Source of the DNA: Candidatus Poribacteria bacterium
Lineage (GTDB): Bacteria > Poribacteria > WGA-4E > WGA-3G
Direction of reading: 5' to 3'
NCBI GenBank assembly: GCA_965214095.1
Contig: OZ243938.1
Span: 4,544,001-4,608,000, forward strand
DNA: 64,000 bases
Position numbers and translations under genes: made by a program. Positions within the stretch are counted from its first letter, which is position 1, and the number at the start of each line of letters is the position of its first letter. The notes beneath the pieces were generated by a model. It had not been told where the DNA came from. It was given only the letters and a program-made list of their open reading frames with translations, and did no database searches. Positions 1 through 10,248 of the stretch are shown here, in pieces.

Positions 1-967
1 TCTGTTTTGTTGATGAATTTCCTTCAGCCGCATGTCGTTCTGTATATCGAATGTAGGATGACTTGGCATCATCTGTAAAATCTATGTATCCTATTTCTGA
101 TGAAACCACTTTACCTGATGGACATTCTGTATCTTCACAATCGTTATAGAGTGCCCATGTTGTCAGCCCTTGTGGAGTTTTACGTTTTGATTTTTCATAG
201 CCGATTTGCATACGAGGCCACCACTTATCGGCCGTGATGAACCCAAATACGAGTGATTTTTTGCTAACTGTGTCGTGAAGTATACCATCCTGACAAGGTG
301 GGACAGTGTTATCACGATTAAAGTGAAATCCATCGTAGATCTTATGACGTGCAGTTGCACTGGGAGAAATCGGGGGTATCCTTAAGAACAGATGATATTG
401 AGACGGATGACTATCTAATTGGATTGCACCATTCTGTGCTGAAATATCAATCAGCGTGATATTTGTCAAACAAATCGGTGCGTTGTTTCCGTTTTCTACC
501 TCAACTTTTAACAGAACATAAGGTTGAGTGACATAACAAGTAAAGTAGGTATGAATACGGATACCAGATGCACTGGAAACTTCGTCTGAATCAGTTGAAG
601 AGGTTTTAGATGTATCCGATTTGGAAGGATTCTCTATTTCGTCAGAATCAGCGTGAGTGGATTTGGAATTCTTAGATAATTCTTGATCTGATATGTTTTC
701 GTAGATAAAATGAAATGTTTGGTAAGTCCCATAGGCATCAGTGTTTACAGGTTCAGTACGGAATTCTCGTAACCCTGGATTAAGTGTTTTCAAAGTGGTT
801 CCATCTGCAAGACTTATATGTGTGAACCCATTCTTGATGATCGACTTGCCATTATTATCACTAAAATTCCATGTTCCTTTTGTTAGATTATATTCAATTT
901 GATATTCTTGATGGTTAATTACAACGAGTTTCCCATGACGAGAAATGGATAGGTCCTCAAGTTTCAT
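1..967 (-). CDS. Hypothetical protein, N-terminal part (runs off the window); possibly the N-terminal beta domain of a glycoside hydrolase
   Basis: Manual translation from ATG 967 (MKLEDLSISRHGKLVVINHQEYQIEYNLTKGTWNF...LVFGFITADKWWPR...) has no stop down to base 1; absent from the ORF track; function is a guess. Confidence 0.7.
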   Translation of the reverse strand, partial: MKLEDLSISRHGKLVVINHQEYQIEYNLTKGTWNFSDNNGKSIIKNGFTHISLADGTTLKTLNPGLREFRTEPVNTDAYGTYQTFHFIYENISDQELSKNSKSTHADSDEIENPSKSDTSKTSSTDSDEVSSASGIRIHTYFTCYVTQPYVLLKVEVENGNNAPICLTNITLIDISAQNGAIQLDSHPSQYHLFLRIPPISPSATARHKIYDGFHFNRDNTVPPCQDGILHDTVSKKSLVFGFITADKWWPRMQIGYEKSKRKTPQGLTTWALYNDCEDTECPSGKVVSSEIGYIDFTDDAKSSYIRYTERHAAEGNSSTKQ

Positions 968-1020
968 GCACGTTTTCCTTTTTAAACAAGACCTTTATGT
1001 TTTTTAATTAGAGGAATACA

Positions 1021-1587
1021 TCAATTATGTTCAATTCGGTAAAAACTTAAACATGTATCACCATACTGCTTGTTTCTATAACAGCATAGTCTATTATAAA
1101 CAGCTGGTAGTTCTCTCTGTTTACGATGTTCGACGAGAAGTATTCCAGTATCCTCAAGCACTTTTGTGTCAGAAATATAGGAGAGGCACTGATTGTATAG
1201 ATCAGAATCGTATGGAGGATCAAAGTATATAAGTGCAAATGACTTGGATTGTTGATGAAACTGATTAATTCCGTGTATTGCATCTGATTGAATCAGCTGG
1301 ACATCAGAATGGTTGTTATTCAATCCTATCGCTTCTAAGTTCTGTTCTATCAATTGAACACATTTGAGGTTTTTGTCCAAAAATGTGACGTGTTTAGCAC
1401 CACGACTAAGTGCCTCTATCCCAATGTTCCCTGTTCCTGCACACAGATCTAAAAATTCTGCCTCAATTACATGTCTCTGTATTATACTGAAGATGGACTC
1501 TTTGACTCTATCACTTGTTGGTCGCACATTAGTGCCTTTTGGGGCAGCAAGACATCTTCCTTTATATCTCCCCGCAATTACACGCAT
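1021..1587 (-). CDS. rsmD: 16S rRNA m2G966 methyltransferase RsmD
   Basis: MRVIAG..KGR, RPTSDRVKES, LDLCAGTG, EALSRGA, DPPY motifs. Confidence 0.95.
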   Translation of the reverse strand: MRVIAGRYKGRCLAAPKGTNVRPTSDRVKESIFSIIQRHVIEAEFLDLCAGTGNIGIEALSRGAKHVTFLDKNLKCVQLIEQNLEAIGLNNNHSDVQLIQSDAIHGINQFHQQSKSFALIYFDPPYDSDLYNQCLSYISDTKVLEDTGILLVEHRKQRELPAVYNRLCCYRNKQYGDTCLSFYRIEHN

Positions 1588-1685
1588 TTATCACACCTTT
1601 GCAGGAATACATACTTGATATGGTATTATGTAAGATAGATGCATTTTGTCAAATGTTTCACCTAAATGTATCCGTAGTCGGAGGA

Positions 1686-2993
1686 TTATATAAACAATTC
1701 CTCAACTACACTACCATCATCAACGACACGAATTGGTCGTCCAGAACGAGACATATTCTCTTCCTGATAATCAATCCCAAGTGCAAAGCACATGGACGCA
1801 AACAAGTCAGGCACAGCAACCGGTGCAGAGACAACTTTGGATCCATCACCGTTCGTGCTGCCAACAACTTGTCCACCACGAACACCACCGCCTGCGATGA
1901 CTGCAGACCATCCATTCGGATGGTGATCGCGTCCATCATTCATATTAATTTTTGGTGTGCGACCAAATTCACCAAGCCAAAGCACAATTGTTTCATCAAG
2001 AAGATCACGTTCACTTAAGTCTTTGATAAGCATAGCATAGGCCGGGTCAACAACATCAAGAAGTTCTTTTGTTCTTTCAAAGTTATTTTCATGCGTGTCC
2101 CAACCATCAAGCGTGATTTCTACAAACTTCACACCAGACTCAATCAATCTGCGTGCCATCAAACAACCTTGACCAAACCTAGTTTTTCCGTAAGCTTGTC
2201 GGACTTCTTCCGGTTCCTCATCAAGTTCAAATGCCTTGATTTTTGGGGAGTTAATCAATTCATCCGCTTTCTTGTATATGGCTTCATGTGTCTCTGTACC
2301 AATCCCAGAACGTTTGCTGATGAAATCTTTTTCCAGATTCTTTAGCATTTTGAGGCGTTCACGAAAACGGTGTGTATCCATCTGTTTCGGATACTTAATA
2401 TCTTCAACTTCTTCCATTGGGTTATTTACCACAAAAGGATCGTGTGTTGCCCCCAAAAATCCACCAGAATATGTCGGAGAACTAATATTAACACAAGCAG
2501 GGAGTTTAGACTCATCGTCATCAAGATAGTAAGAAGTCAATGACCCCAATGTAGGATGGCGTACAGCACCACCAGGGGCATAGCCTGTATGCAACAAATA
2601 CCGCGCACGTTCATGGTTACCTTCACGGGATACCATCGACCGAATAATGGAGAGGTGATGTGCCTGTTCAGCAACATTCGGTAAATGTTCTGATATTTCT
2701 ATACCCTTAACACTTGTAGGAATCGCCTTGAAAGGTCCGCTATTTTTCTCCGAAGGATCTTTTGGATCAAAAGTATCTAATTGACTTGGTCCGCCGCTCA
2801 TAAACATCACGATACACTGTTTAGCACGAGGTATCACCGTTTCTAATTGTGCGTTAGCGGTAGTTCCAAAATGCTGCATCGCAACAAGTCCCAGAAAACT
2901 ACTAACGCCATATTTGAAGAAACTACGACGGGAAATTTCATTATGCCATATTTCAGGTGTGTCGTATTCAGGTACCCAAATTCCTGTTCTCAT
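1686..2993 (-). CDS. DUF1501 domain protein with twin-arginine-like N-terminus
   Basis: SRRSFF, GGPSQLDTFDPK, GQGCLMARRLIESGV.FVE, WDTH, GEFGRTP, GRDH motifs. Confidence 0.9.
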   Translation of the reverse strand: MRTGIWVPEYDTPEIWHNEISRRSFFKYGVSSFLGLVAMQHFGTTANAQLETVIPRAKQCIVMFMSGGPSQLDTFDPKDPSEKNSGPFKAIPTSVKGIEISEHLPNVAEQAHHLSIIRSMVSREGNHERARYLLHTGYAPGGAVRHPTLGSLTSYYLDDDESKLPACVNISSPTYSGGFLGATHDPFVVNNPMEEVEDIKYPKQMDTHRFRERLKMLKNLEKDFISKRSGIGTETHEAIYKKADELINSPKIKAFELDEEPEEVRQAYGKTRFGQGCLMARRLIESGVKFVEITLDGWDTHENNFERTKELLDVVDPAYAMLIKDLSERDLLDETIVLWLGEFGRTPKINMNDGRDHHPNGWSAVIAGGGVRGGQVVGSTNGDGSKVVSAPVAVPDLFASMCFALGIDYQEENMSRSGRPIRVVDDGSVVEELFI

Positions 2994-3551
2994 TCTCCTA
3001 TTTACAGCATATCTTAGGCAAGCAATTTCACCTACGAATGCATCTCCTTTATTTTGTTACCCGCAACCAACGTCATCTGCAACACACCTGCGGGAAAGAT
3101 GTCAAATCTGACGCAGTTAAGCACATTAACTTTACAATTAGCAATATGTCATTACTTTTTACGAACTAACAATTCCATTGGTAAAGAATACATATATAAT
3201 ACCATAATAATTTTACGTAATCAAGTAAAAAGTTTGATAGTCTTGTGCAAGTTATTTCAGCATAGAACAGGATTACATATTAGTACCATATCTAAGAAAG
3301 AACATATCATTAGGGAAACAGCTAATTTGTAGCCGCGCAATTCATTGTGCATCTTACATTTCTTGCTCTAGAGTCAACCAACTATTCTCAAATGAAACCC
3401 ATTTTTTGAAATTGTGTTTTATTTTGCATACGACAATCAAGTAGAATGGAAACAACGTCTCTTGATTAACTCATCATTCCATTAAAATCGTTGTTGATAA
3501 TTATGCTCTCCTATGCTAATATACAAGAAAAGTATCAAAGGAGTTATAAGT

Positions 3552-4421
3552 ATGTTTAAAATTGGTGTTATAGGTGATGAGGTATCTCAAGAATTTTCTA
3601 CCGTGGTCAATTTTGTCCAAGATCATGAACTAGATTCAATTGAAATTCGTTCAGTATGGGATAAATTACCACATCAGCTTACAGACAAAGACATAGACGA
3701 CATGAAACGTCTACTTGATGGCACAGATATAGAAATCATCGGTGTCGCATCTCCATTCTTCAAATGTGATATGGACAACGCAGAAGAACGTAAGGAACAT
3801 CTTGACATTTTAAAAGGATGTATTCGCACAGCAAAGGCATTTGACACAAACCTTATTCGCACTTTCGTTTTTTGGGATACCGGTAAAACTGAAGAACGTT
3901 GGGATGAAATTATCTCGGCTTATGATGAACTGCGTAGAATAATCGATGGTGAAGGTATTACATTAGGTATGGAAAACGAATCCACTACCTCGCTTAGTAC
4001 TGCTAAACTTACAGCACGTTTCATTGAAGAAATCGATTCACCAAACGTACGTGGAATCTGGGACCCAGCGAATGAAGCTCACGCAAAGGAAGGTATAACA
4101 CCATATCCTGATGCATATAATCAGATGAAACCCACTATGATACATGCACACTTAAAAGATGCTGCACCAAATCCTGATAGTGGTGAAATGGAATCTGTTC
4201 CTGTCGGAGATGGTATTATAGATTGGCAGGGACAACTTCAAGCGTTTGTTGACGAGGGATATGAAGGACATCTTTGTCTTGAAACACATTGGAGACCTAC
4301 ACTCAAAATTGACGATGACCTGTTAAATAGACCTGGTGGAAAAGCCTTCTCTGAAGCCGGTGAGGAAGCCTCCCGTATTTGCACTGAAAACCTAAAGGGC
4401 ATGATCAATAAGCTAAAATAG
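3552..4421 (+). CDS. Sugar phosphate isomerase/epimerase (TIM barrel)
   Basis: ENE, WDPAN, HAHLKD, GDG.IDW, CLETH motifs; AAGGAG upstream of ATG 3552. Confidence 0.85.
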   Translation: MFKIGVIGDEVSQEFSTVVNFVQDHELDSIEIRSVWDKLPHQLTDKDIDDMKRLLDGTDIEIIGVASPFFKCDMDNAEERKEHLDILKGCIRTAKAFDTNLIRTFVFWDTGKTEERWDEIISAYDELRRIIDGEGITLGMENESTTSLSTAKLTARFIEEIDSPNVRGIWDPANEAHAKEGITPYPDAYNQMKPTMIHAHLKDAAPNPDSGEMESVPVGDGIIDWQGQLQAFVDEGYEGHLCLETHWRPTLKIDDDLLNRPGGKAFSEAGEEASRICTENLKGMINKLK

Positions 4422-4511
4422 CCATTTTAAAACCATAGTATTGCATGTCGGTTGTAGAAAACAACATCTGATGTGCAATACTGACATAAGTCTACACTAA
4501 AGAAAGTCTAA

Positions 4512-5597
4512 ATGAAAATTAAATCTGTTCGCACTTCACTATATGACATTCCACCACAAGTTCAACGCACCGATGCTATACAAGCTTTCGTTTCAATGGA
4601 ATTCCCATTCATTGAGATAGAAGATGTTGACGGTGTCATCGGCACAGGTTTTTCATACACAATCGGTAAAGGCGGAGAAGCAATAAAACAGATTATAGAT
4701 GCATACCTCACACCAATCCTTCTTGAAGAAGATGCCTCAAATATTGACCGGATTTGGAATCGGATGTGGATGGAAACACATTGGGTCGGTAGAGGCGGAA
4801 TAGTCGGATTAGGAATGGCTGCTGTTGATATAGCACTCTGGGACCTTATGGCAAAACGTGCAGAATTACCACTTTATCAACTCCTCGGTGGGGCACGTGC
4901 TTCTGTTCCTGTCTACAATACAGATGGAGGCTGGCTACATCTCACAGAGGATGAACTTGTCAAGCAATCCGTAGAATATGTTGCACAAGGTTATAAAGGT
5001 ATAAAGATCAAAGTCGGTCGTGACAGTTTGTACGAAGACATTAATCGCATTTTCGCTGTTAGAAAAGCAATCGGACAGGAACCTTATCTAATGATCGATG
5101 CAAATATGAAGTGGAATGCACGCGAAGCTATACAACTGGCATGTCGTGTTGAAGAAGCTGACATATTCTGGTTTGAAGAGCCAATAGAAGCAGATGATGT
5201 TGAAAGCCATGTGGAATTACGCGAGAAAACTACCATCCCAATCGCCATCGGTGAAACGATATACAACAAATATGTTTTCAAGGAATACATTGCACAAGGT
5301 GCAGCAGACATCTTACAACCCGATGCAGTCCGTGTTGGTGGTATATCAGAATGGATGAAAGTCGCGCACACTGCAGAATGTTTCGGTCTCTCCGTTTCTC
5401 CGCACTTTCTTATGGATTTACACGTACATCTCTCTGCTGCTGTGCCACATTCGTTGTTTGTGGAGTACATTCCATCACTTGACCCAGTACTACATGATAC
5501 ATTAACGTTGAAAGATGGACACTTTTCACCACCAGATCGTCCAGGACACGGAATAATGTTTGACAAACAGAAACTTTCTCTGTATAAAGTTTCTTAA
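4512..5597 (+). CDS. Mandelate racemase/muconate lactonizing enzyme family protein
   Basis: AVDIALWDL, KIKVG, MIDAN, WFEEP, IAIGE, ILQPD motifs. Confidence 0.92.
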   Translation: MKIKSVRTSLYDIPPQVQRTDAIQAFVSMEFPFIEIEDVDGVIGTGFSYTIGKGGEAIKQIIDAYLTPILLEEDASNIDRIWNRMWMETHWVGRGGIVGLGMAAVDIALWDLMAKRAELPLYQLLGGARASVPVYNTDGGWLHLTEDELVKQSVEYVAQGYKGIKIKVGRDSLYEDINRIFAVRKAIGQEPYLMIDANMKWNAREAIQLACRVEEADIFWFEEPIEADDVESHVELREKTTIPIAIGETIYNKYVFKEYIAQGAADILQPDAVRVGGISEWMKVAHTAECFGLSVSPHFLMDLHVHLSAAVPHSLFVEYIPSLDPVLHDTLTLKDGHFSPPDRPGHGIMFDKQKLSLYKVS

Positions 5598-5674
5598 ATT
5601 TGGTTTGTTGGATTGTACTTCTGATATTCATGAAATCAAAAAATAATAGAAACCTTTTGTATTGAGGTATTAAT

Positions 5675-6385
5675 TTGAAACTTGAAAACCGTATAGCAAT
5701 TGTCACAGGAGCAGGACGTGGCATTGGACGTGCCACTGCATTAGCATTTGCAAAGGAAGGTGCAGATATTGTTCTTGCCGCACGCACAGAATCAGAAATA
5801 AATTCAGTCGCATCAGAGATTGAAAATCTCGGTAGACGCGCACTTCCCATCAAGACAGATGTTCAAATGAAGACAGATGTTGAAACTTTAGTAGCAAAAA
5901 CAATCGGCAACTTCGGCAAGGTGGATATCCTTGTGAACAATGCTGGTGTAGCCATACATAATCCTATACAAAAGATACGTGAAGAAGATTGGGACTTGAC
6001 AATGGCAGTAAACCTAAAAGGGGTATTCCTTTGCACACAAGCAGTTTTCAGTTTTATGTGTGAACAGAAATACGGTCATATTGTCAACGTTTCATCGGTA
6101 TCAGGCAAGTATGGACATGTTAACGGTGGGTCTTATTGTGCCTCCAAATTTGCTGTCATTGGCTTCACTGAAACAACCAACAATGAAGGTAGACCGCACG
6201 GTGTCAAAGCTTCTGTTGTGTGTCCTGGTCCCGTTGATACGAAGATGCGTCGTGATAATCATCCTGATGATATACTTGAAAACCTTACACAACCAGAAGA
6301 TGTCGCTGATCTCATTCTATTCCTTGTTTCACAATCACCACAAGCACACACACTTGAAACAGTCATCAGAACACCTTTAATGTAA
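5675..6385 (+). CDS. Short-chain dehydrogenase/reductase
   Basis: TGAGRGIG, NNAG, YCASK. Confidence 0.92.
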   Translation: MKLENRIAIVTGAGRGIGRATALAFAKEGADIVLAARTESEINSVASEIENLGRRALPIKTDVQMKTDVETLVAKTIGNFGKVDILVNNAGVAIHNPIQKIREEDWDLTMAVNLKGVFLCTQAVFSFMCEQKYGHIVNVSSVSGKYGHVNGGSYCASKFAVIGFTETTNNEGRPHGVKASVVCPGPVDTKMRRDNHPDDILENLTQPEDVADLILFLVSQSPQAHTLETVIRTPLM

Positions 6386-6386
6386 T

Positions 6387-7157
6387 ATGTTCATAGATTC
6401 ACACGCTCATATACAAATAGATCAGTTCAATTCAGACCGAGATGCCGTACTACAACGCTCCTTAGATGCAGGTGTTTCACATATCTTGATAATTGGATTT
6501 GACTTAGAAACAAGCCAAGAAGCTGTTAAACTCGCGGAAAAATATGATAACCTATATGCAACTGTAGGAATGCATCCACACAGTGCAACGGATTTGACAT
6601 CCGCCATTCTATCAACATTCCGAGACCAATTAGTCCATCCGAAAGTAATCGCTCTCGGAGAAATAGGATTAGACTACTACCGTAATCTGTCTCCACATAA
6701 CATTCAAAAGGACGCATTTGAAAAACAGTTAGACCTTGCAGAAGAGATGGAAATGCCAATCATTATTCATAACCGCGATGCTTATACAGATATCCTACCA
6801 ATCTTGGAAAAACGTAGAACCAAGATTTCTGGCGTTTTGCACTGCTTTACGGGTGATGTTGAATTAATGCACAGAAGTATTGAAATAGGATTCCACATAG
6901 GCATAGGAGGAATAGTAACCTATCCAAATGCAAAAGATGTCCAAGATGTAGCACTTGAAGTTCCTATGGAAAGATTATTAATTGAAACGGATTGCCCTTG
7001 GCTAACGCCTCAATTCCGTCGTGGAAAACGGAACGAACCCTCGTATGTTCTATCAGTAGCAGAAAAGATCGCTGAATTACGTAACATTACCACCGAGGAA
7101 ATCGGCAGTATAACGACTAACAACTTCAACACACTGTTCGGAACTGCTCTGACATAA
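6387..7157 (+). CDS. tatD: TatD family hydrolase/DNase
   Basis: DSHAH, GMHPH, GEIGLDY, HNRDA, LHCF, ETDCP, NEP. Confidence 0.93.
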   Translation: MFIDSHAHIQIDQFNSDRDAVLQRSLDAGVSHILIIGFDLETSQEAVKLAEKYDNLYATVGMHPHSATDLTSAILSTFRDQLVHPKVIALGEIGLDYYRNLSPHNIQKDAFEKQLDLAEEMEMPIIIHNRDAYTDILPILEKRRTKISGVLHCFTGDVELMHRSIEIGFHIGIGGIVTYPNAKDVQDVALEVPMERLLIETDCPWLTPQFRRGKRNEPSYVLSVAEKIAELRNITTEEIGSITTNNFNTLFGTALT

Positions 7158-7170
7158 CAAACTATCAAAT

Positions 7171-8286
7171 ATGAAGCATCTGAATCTTCGCACGTATGCG
7201 ATGGTGATTGCACTCATCTCAATCTGGATCATCTTCACTCTCATTACAAATGGCACTTTCCTCACTACACGCAATCTCTCAATTCTATCACGACAAGCAA
7301 CAGTTACTGCTATTCTTGCAATAGGAATGGTATTAGTCATCATCTCAGCAAATATTGACCTTTCAGTCGGGTTCGGTTCAGGTCTACTTGGTGCTATCAC
7401 TGCAATATTACATGTTTGGTGGGAATTTCCAATAATCCTGACTCTCATTTTAGTAATTTTCATCGGCATACTAATCGGTGTATTGCATGGGTTTCTCATT
7501 GCATATCAACGAATCCCAGCATTTATTGTCACACTCGGTGGATTCCTGTTGTATCGTGGACTAATGTTGGCATTCACAAAAGGTGAAACTATTCTCCTTC
7601 CTGACAATTGGTTAAAGTCTATCGGAACCACCCACCTTCCGCCTACGATTGGATGGGGGATAATGCTCATCGGAATTGGTTTGAGCGTCTATGTGTTTTA
7701 TAGGCAACTCATTTCATCACAATTGCCTAAGACGTTCAAAGATCAGCTTCCAACGATGATGAAACTACTATCTACATTGGGATGTACTATAGTATTCGTC
7801 ATGGTAATGAATTCATACAAAGGAATTCCGCTTCCGGTATGTATTTTATTAGGTCTTGCATTCATATTTCATTTTATAGCAAACCGCACTCGGTTCGGTC
7901 GGTATGTTTATGCCATCGGAGGAAATGCTGAAGCTTCCTATTTGTCTGGATTAAACGTACGTCTTATAACTTTGCAAGTTTTTGCATTAATGGGGGCATT
8001 AATGGCAGTCGCTGGGGTTGTAATGACAACACGACTTGGGAGTGCAGGTCCAGGGGCAGGACGATTGCTTGAATTGGATGCAATCGCAGCATGTGTGATC
8101 GGCGGGGCAAGTTTGATGGGTGGACGCGGAACAATATTTGGGGCGATATTAGGTGCATTTGTCATGGCAAGCCTAAGTAATGGAATGAGTATGGCAAATA
8201 TGGGACCTGCATGGCAAGATATAATTAAAGGGATTGTCCTGGTAGCAGCTGTCGGATTTGACATGGCATCAAGAAAGAACAATTAA
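7171..8286 (+). CDS. Sugar ABC transporter permease (XylH/RbsC type)
   Basis: IDLSVG, IPAFIVTLG, TRFGRYVYAIGGN, ELDAIAACVIGG. Confidence 0.9.
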   Translation: MKHLNLRTYAMVIALISIWIIFTLITNGTFLTTRNLSILSRQATVTAILAIGMVLVIISANIDLSVGFGSGLLGAITAILHVWWEFPIILTLILVIFIGILIGVLHGFLIAYQRIPAFIVTLGGFLLYRGLMLAFTKGETILLPDNWLKSIGTTHLPPTIGWGIMLIGIGLSVYVFYRQLISSQLPKTFKDQLPTMMKLLSTLGCTIVFVMVMNSYKGIPLPVCILLGLAFIFHFIANRTRFGRYVYAIGGNAEASYLSGLNVRLITLQVFALMGALMAVAGVVMTTRLGSAGPGAGRLLELDAIAACVIGGASLMGGRGTIFGAILGAFVMASLSNGMSMANMGPAWQDIIKGIVLVAAVGFDMASRKNN

Positions 8287-8363
8287 CTTCTAACGTCATT
8301 TTTTTAAACCAATTTCAAATTCTTCACCCTCTTTAAAGCCAAATTCTAATTGGGAATCTATCT

Positions 8364-10121
8364 ATGAATCATAATTTTGACAATCCAAACAACTTTACTG
8401 ATGCAGAATTGGTGAGACTTGTCCAATGTCGAGACGAAGCTGCATTCACCGAATTAATATCTCGGTATAGTCCACGAATCTGGAACATTGTATTAGACAA
8501 ATCAAGACAAACACGCGACGCAGAAGAAATCCTCATGGATATCTGGTTGGCTGTTTGGAATAACATTATTGGACTCCGTAATGTAGAAAGTTTTGGGGTA
8601 TGGTTACGTAAAATTGCAAATAGTGCATGCAATAGATATTATGCTTCAAAAAAGAACAAACACTCCGAAATCATTATGAGTTACGAAGATTTAACCATAC
8701 AGATTGATAGAGAAGCAGAACGACGGTTTCACGATGCAAAGTTGCGTGCTGATGCAAGAGAAGCTGTACATCAACTGCCGAATAAAGTACGTTCTATTGC
8801 AGAAATGTACTATTTGGATTTATTCAGTATCAATGATATTTCTAAAGAATACAACCTACCAATTGGTACGGTAAAGTCAAAACTGAGCGAAGTCCGACAG
8901 CTACTACGAAAAGAATTTGAAATTGAACCTACAAAGGAGAACACAATGTCAACAAAACATGACAATCATAAAAATGGTGGAATTAAATGTAAGATAGTTG
9001 GTGTAGGTGGAGCAGGATGCAATGCTGTCAAACATCTCATCAAAAAAGAAGATACTGACATAATAGATTTTGGGGTGAATGATGAAATTGTCATAGATTT
9101 CTATGCAATTGATACAGACAGTGAGGCTTTAAATTCATGCAAAGAAGTCACTCAGATTCAAATTGGTGCAACCGTTACACAAGAACAAGGAACGGGAGGG
9201 AAGCTTGAACTTGGTAGAAGAGCAGCAGCCGAAAGCATGGATGAACTTCAATCCATTGTCTCCGATGCCGATATGCTTTTTATTATTGCTGGTATGGGTG
9301 GTGGAACGGGGACTGCAGTCGCACCTGTAATCACATCTTTAGCTCGTGTACATAAAACATTAACTGTCTGCATTGCAACCCGACCGCTTGACACTGAGGA
9401 AAAACACAAAAAAGAAAATGCTGATGAAGGATTGAGTGAACTCCAAGATGATCCAGATTCGTGTGCAGATGCTGTTATCGTTGTTCCAAACCAGCAAATC
9501 TTGGATTCACAAGAGCCAAAGTTACAGATGAGTGGATTATTCCAGCTAACAAATGATATCCTTTCCGATGGAGTAATGTTAATTTTGGACTTACTGTTAC
9601 AAACCGGGGAGATAAATATAGATTTTGATGACATACAAGAACTGTTCCGAGATAAGGGAACTATGCTAATAGGTATTGGGAAAGCAAAGGGTGAAAATCG
9701 AGCAACAATTGCTGCCAAAAACGCAATCAACTCGCTTCTCATTCAAGGAAACACTATTGAATCAAATGTCGATATGTTAATTAACATATATTCACCATAC
9801 GATTTCACAATGCATGAACTTGACCAAACGATGTGTGTCATTTGTGAAAAATATCGCGATGCACAACCCATGTTTGCATTAGTCTACAAGGATGAATTAG
9901 AAAAGAACGATGAAGTAATTGTTACGATATTATCAAGTTGTGCAGAAAAGCAAGAATCATCTCCCTCATCAATTCCTACAAGAGAAGAGGGTAAGACTCC
10001 CGAACAAGATCCAGAAACGTCATCATCTGATCCAGATTCTGTAGCTTCACAAAGTCGCGATTTCTTTAACACTCTTCCTGTCAAATCCCCATGCTTTAGT
10101 GCTTTAGCTTGCGGGATGTAG
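8364..10121 (+). CDS. ECF sigma-70 factor fused to an FtsZ-like GTPase; C-terminus altered by IS insertion
   Basis: aa 1-190: sigma2 (DEAAFTELISRY, DAEEI, SFGVWL) and sigma4 (LP...YY...SI.DI...LPIGTVKSKL). From aa ~205: GVGGAGCNAV, AIDTD, IAGMGGGTGT, VVPN, GEINIDFDDI, GKAKGENRA. Confidence 0.9.
   Translation: MNHNFDNPNNFTDAELVRLVQCRDEAAFTELISRYSPRIWNIVLDKSRQTRDAEEILMDIWLAVWNNIIGLRNVESFGVWLRKIANSACNRYYASKKNKHSEIIMSYEDLTIQIDREAERRFHDAKLRADAREAVHQLPNKVRSIAEMYYLDLFSINDISKEYNLPIGTVKSKLSEVRQLLRKEFEIEPTKENTMSTKHDNHKNGGIKCKIVGVGGAGCNAVKHLIKKEDTDIIDFGVNDEIVIDFYAIDTDSEALNSCKEVTQIQIGATVTQEQGTGGKLELGRRAAAESMDELQSIVSDADMLFIIAGMGGGTGTAVAPVITSLARVHKTLTVCIATRPLDTEEKHKKENADEGLSELQDDPDSCADAVIVVPNQQILDSQEPKLQMSGLFQLTNDILSDGVMLILDLLLQTGEINIDFDDIQELFRDKGTMLIGIGKAKGENRATIAAKNAINSLLIQGNTIESNVDMLINIYSPYDFTMHELDQTMCVICEKYRDAQPMFALVYKDELEKNDEVIVTILSSCAEKQESSPSSIPTREEGKTPEQDPETSSSDPDSVASQSRDFFNTLPVKSPCFSALACGM
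8934..8948 (+). promoter_or_regulatory. Internal RBS and in-frame ATG (Met195) at the sigma/FtsZ junction
   Basis: AAGGAG 8934-8939, 6-nt spacer, ATG 8946 in frame with 8364. Confidence 0.55.
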
Positions 10122-10134
10122 ACGGGCAAAAAGG

Positions 10135-10162
10135 TTGATTTTGAGAAAGAACACACTATAAT
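10135..10162 (+). promoter_or_regulatory. Putative sigma70 promoter for tnpB in the IS left end
   Basis: TTGATT-N16-TATAAT. Confidence 0.5.
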
Positions 10163-10248
10163 ACAAATACCTTTTCAGTGGTGGATGTCGTTAGCATCTG
10201 CCACACTACTAACGATGGGTAAGAGGTTCTTCACCGAGAAGGCGGACT

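Noticed and set aside
4437-4482. Long hairpin between the isomerase and racemase genes
   Set aside because: Consistent with an ordinary terminator or mRNA-stabilising stem; no further support.
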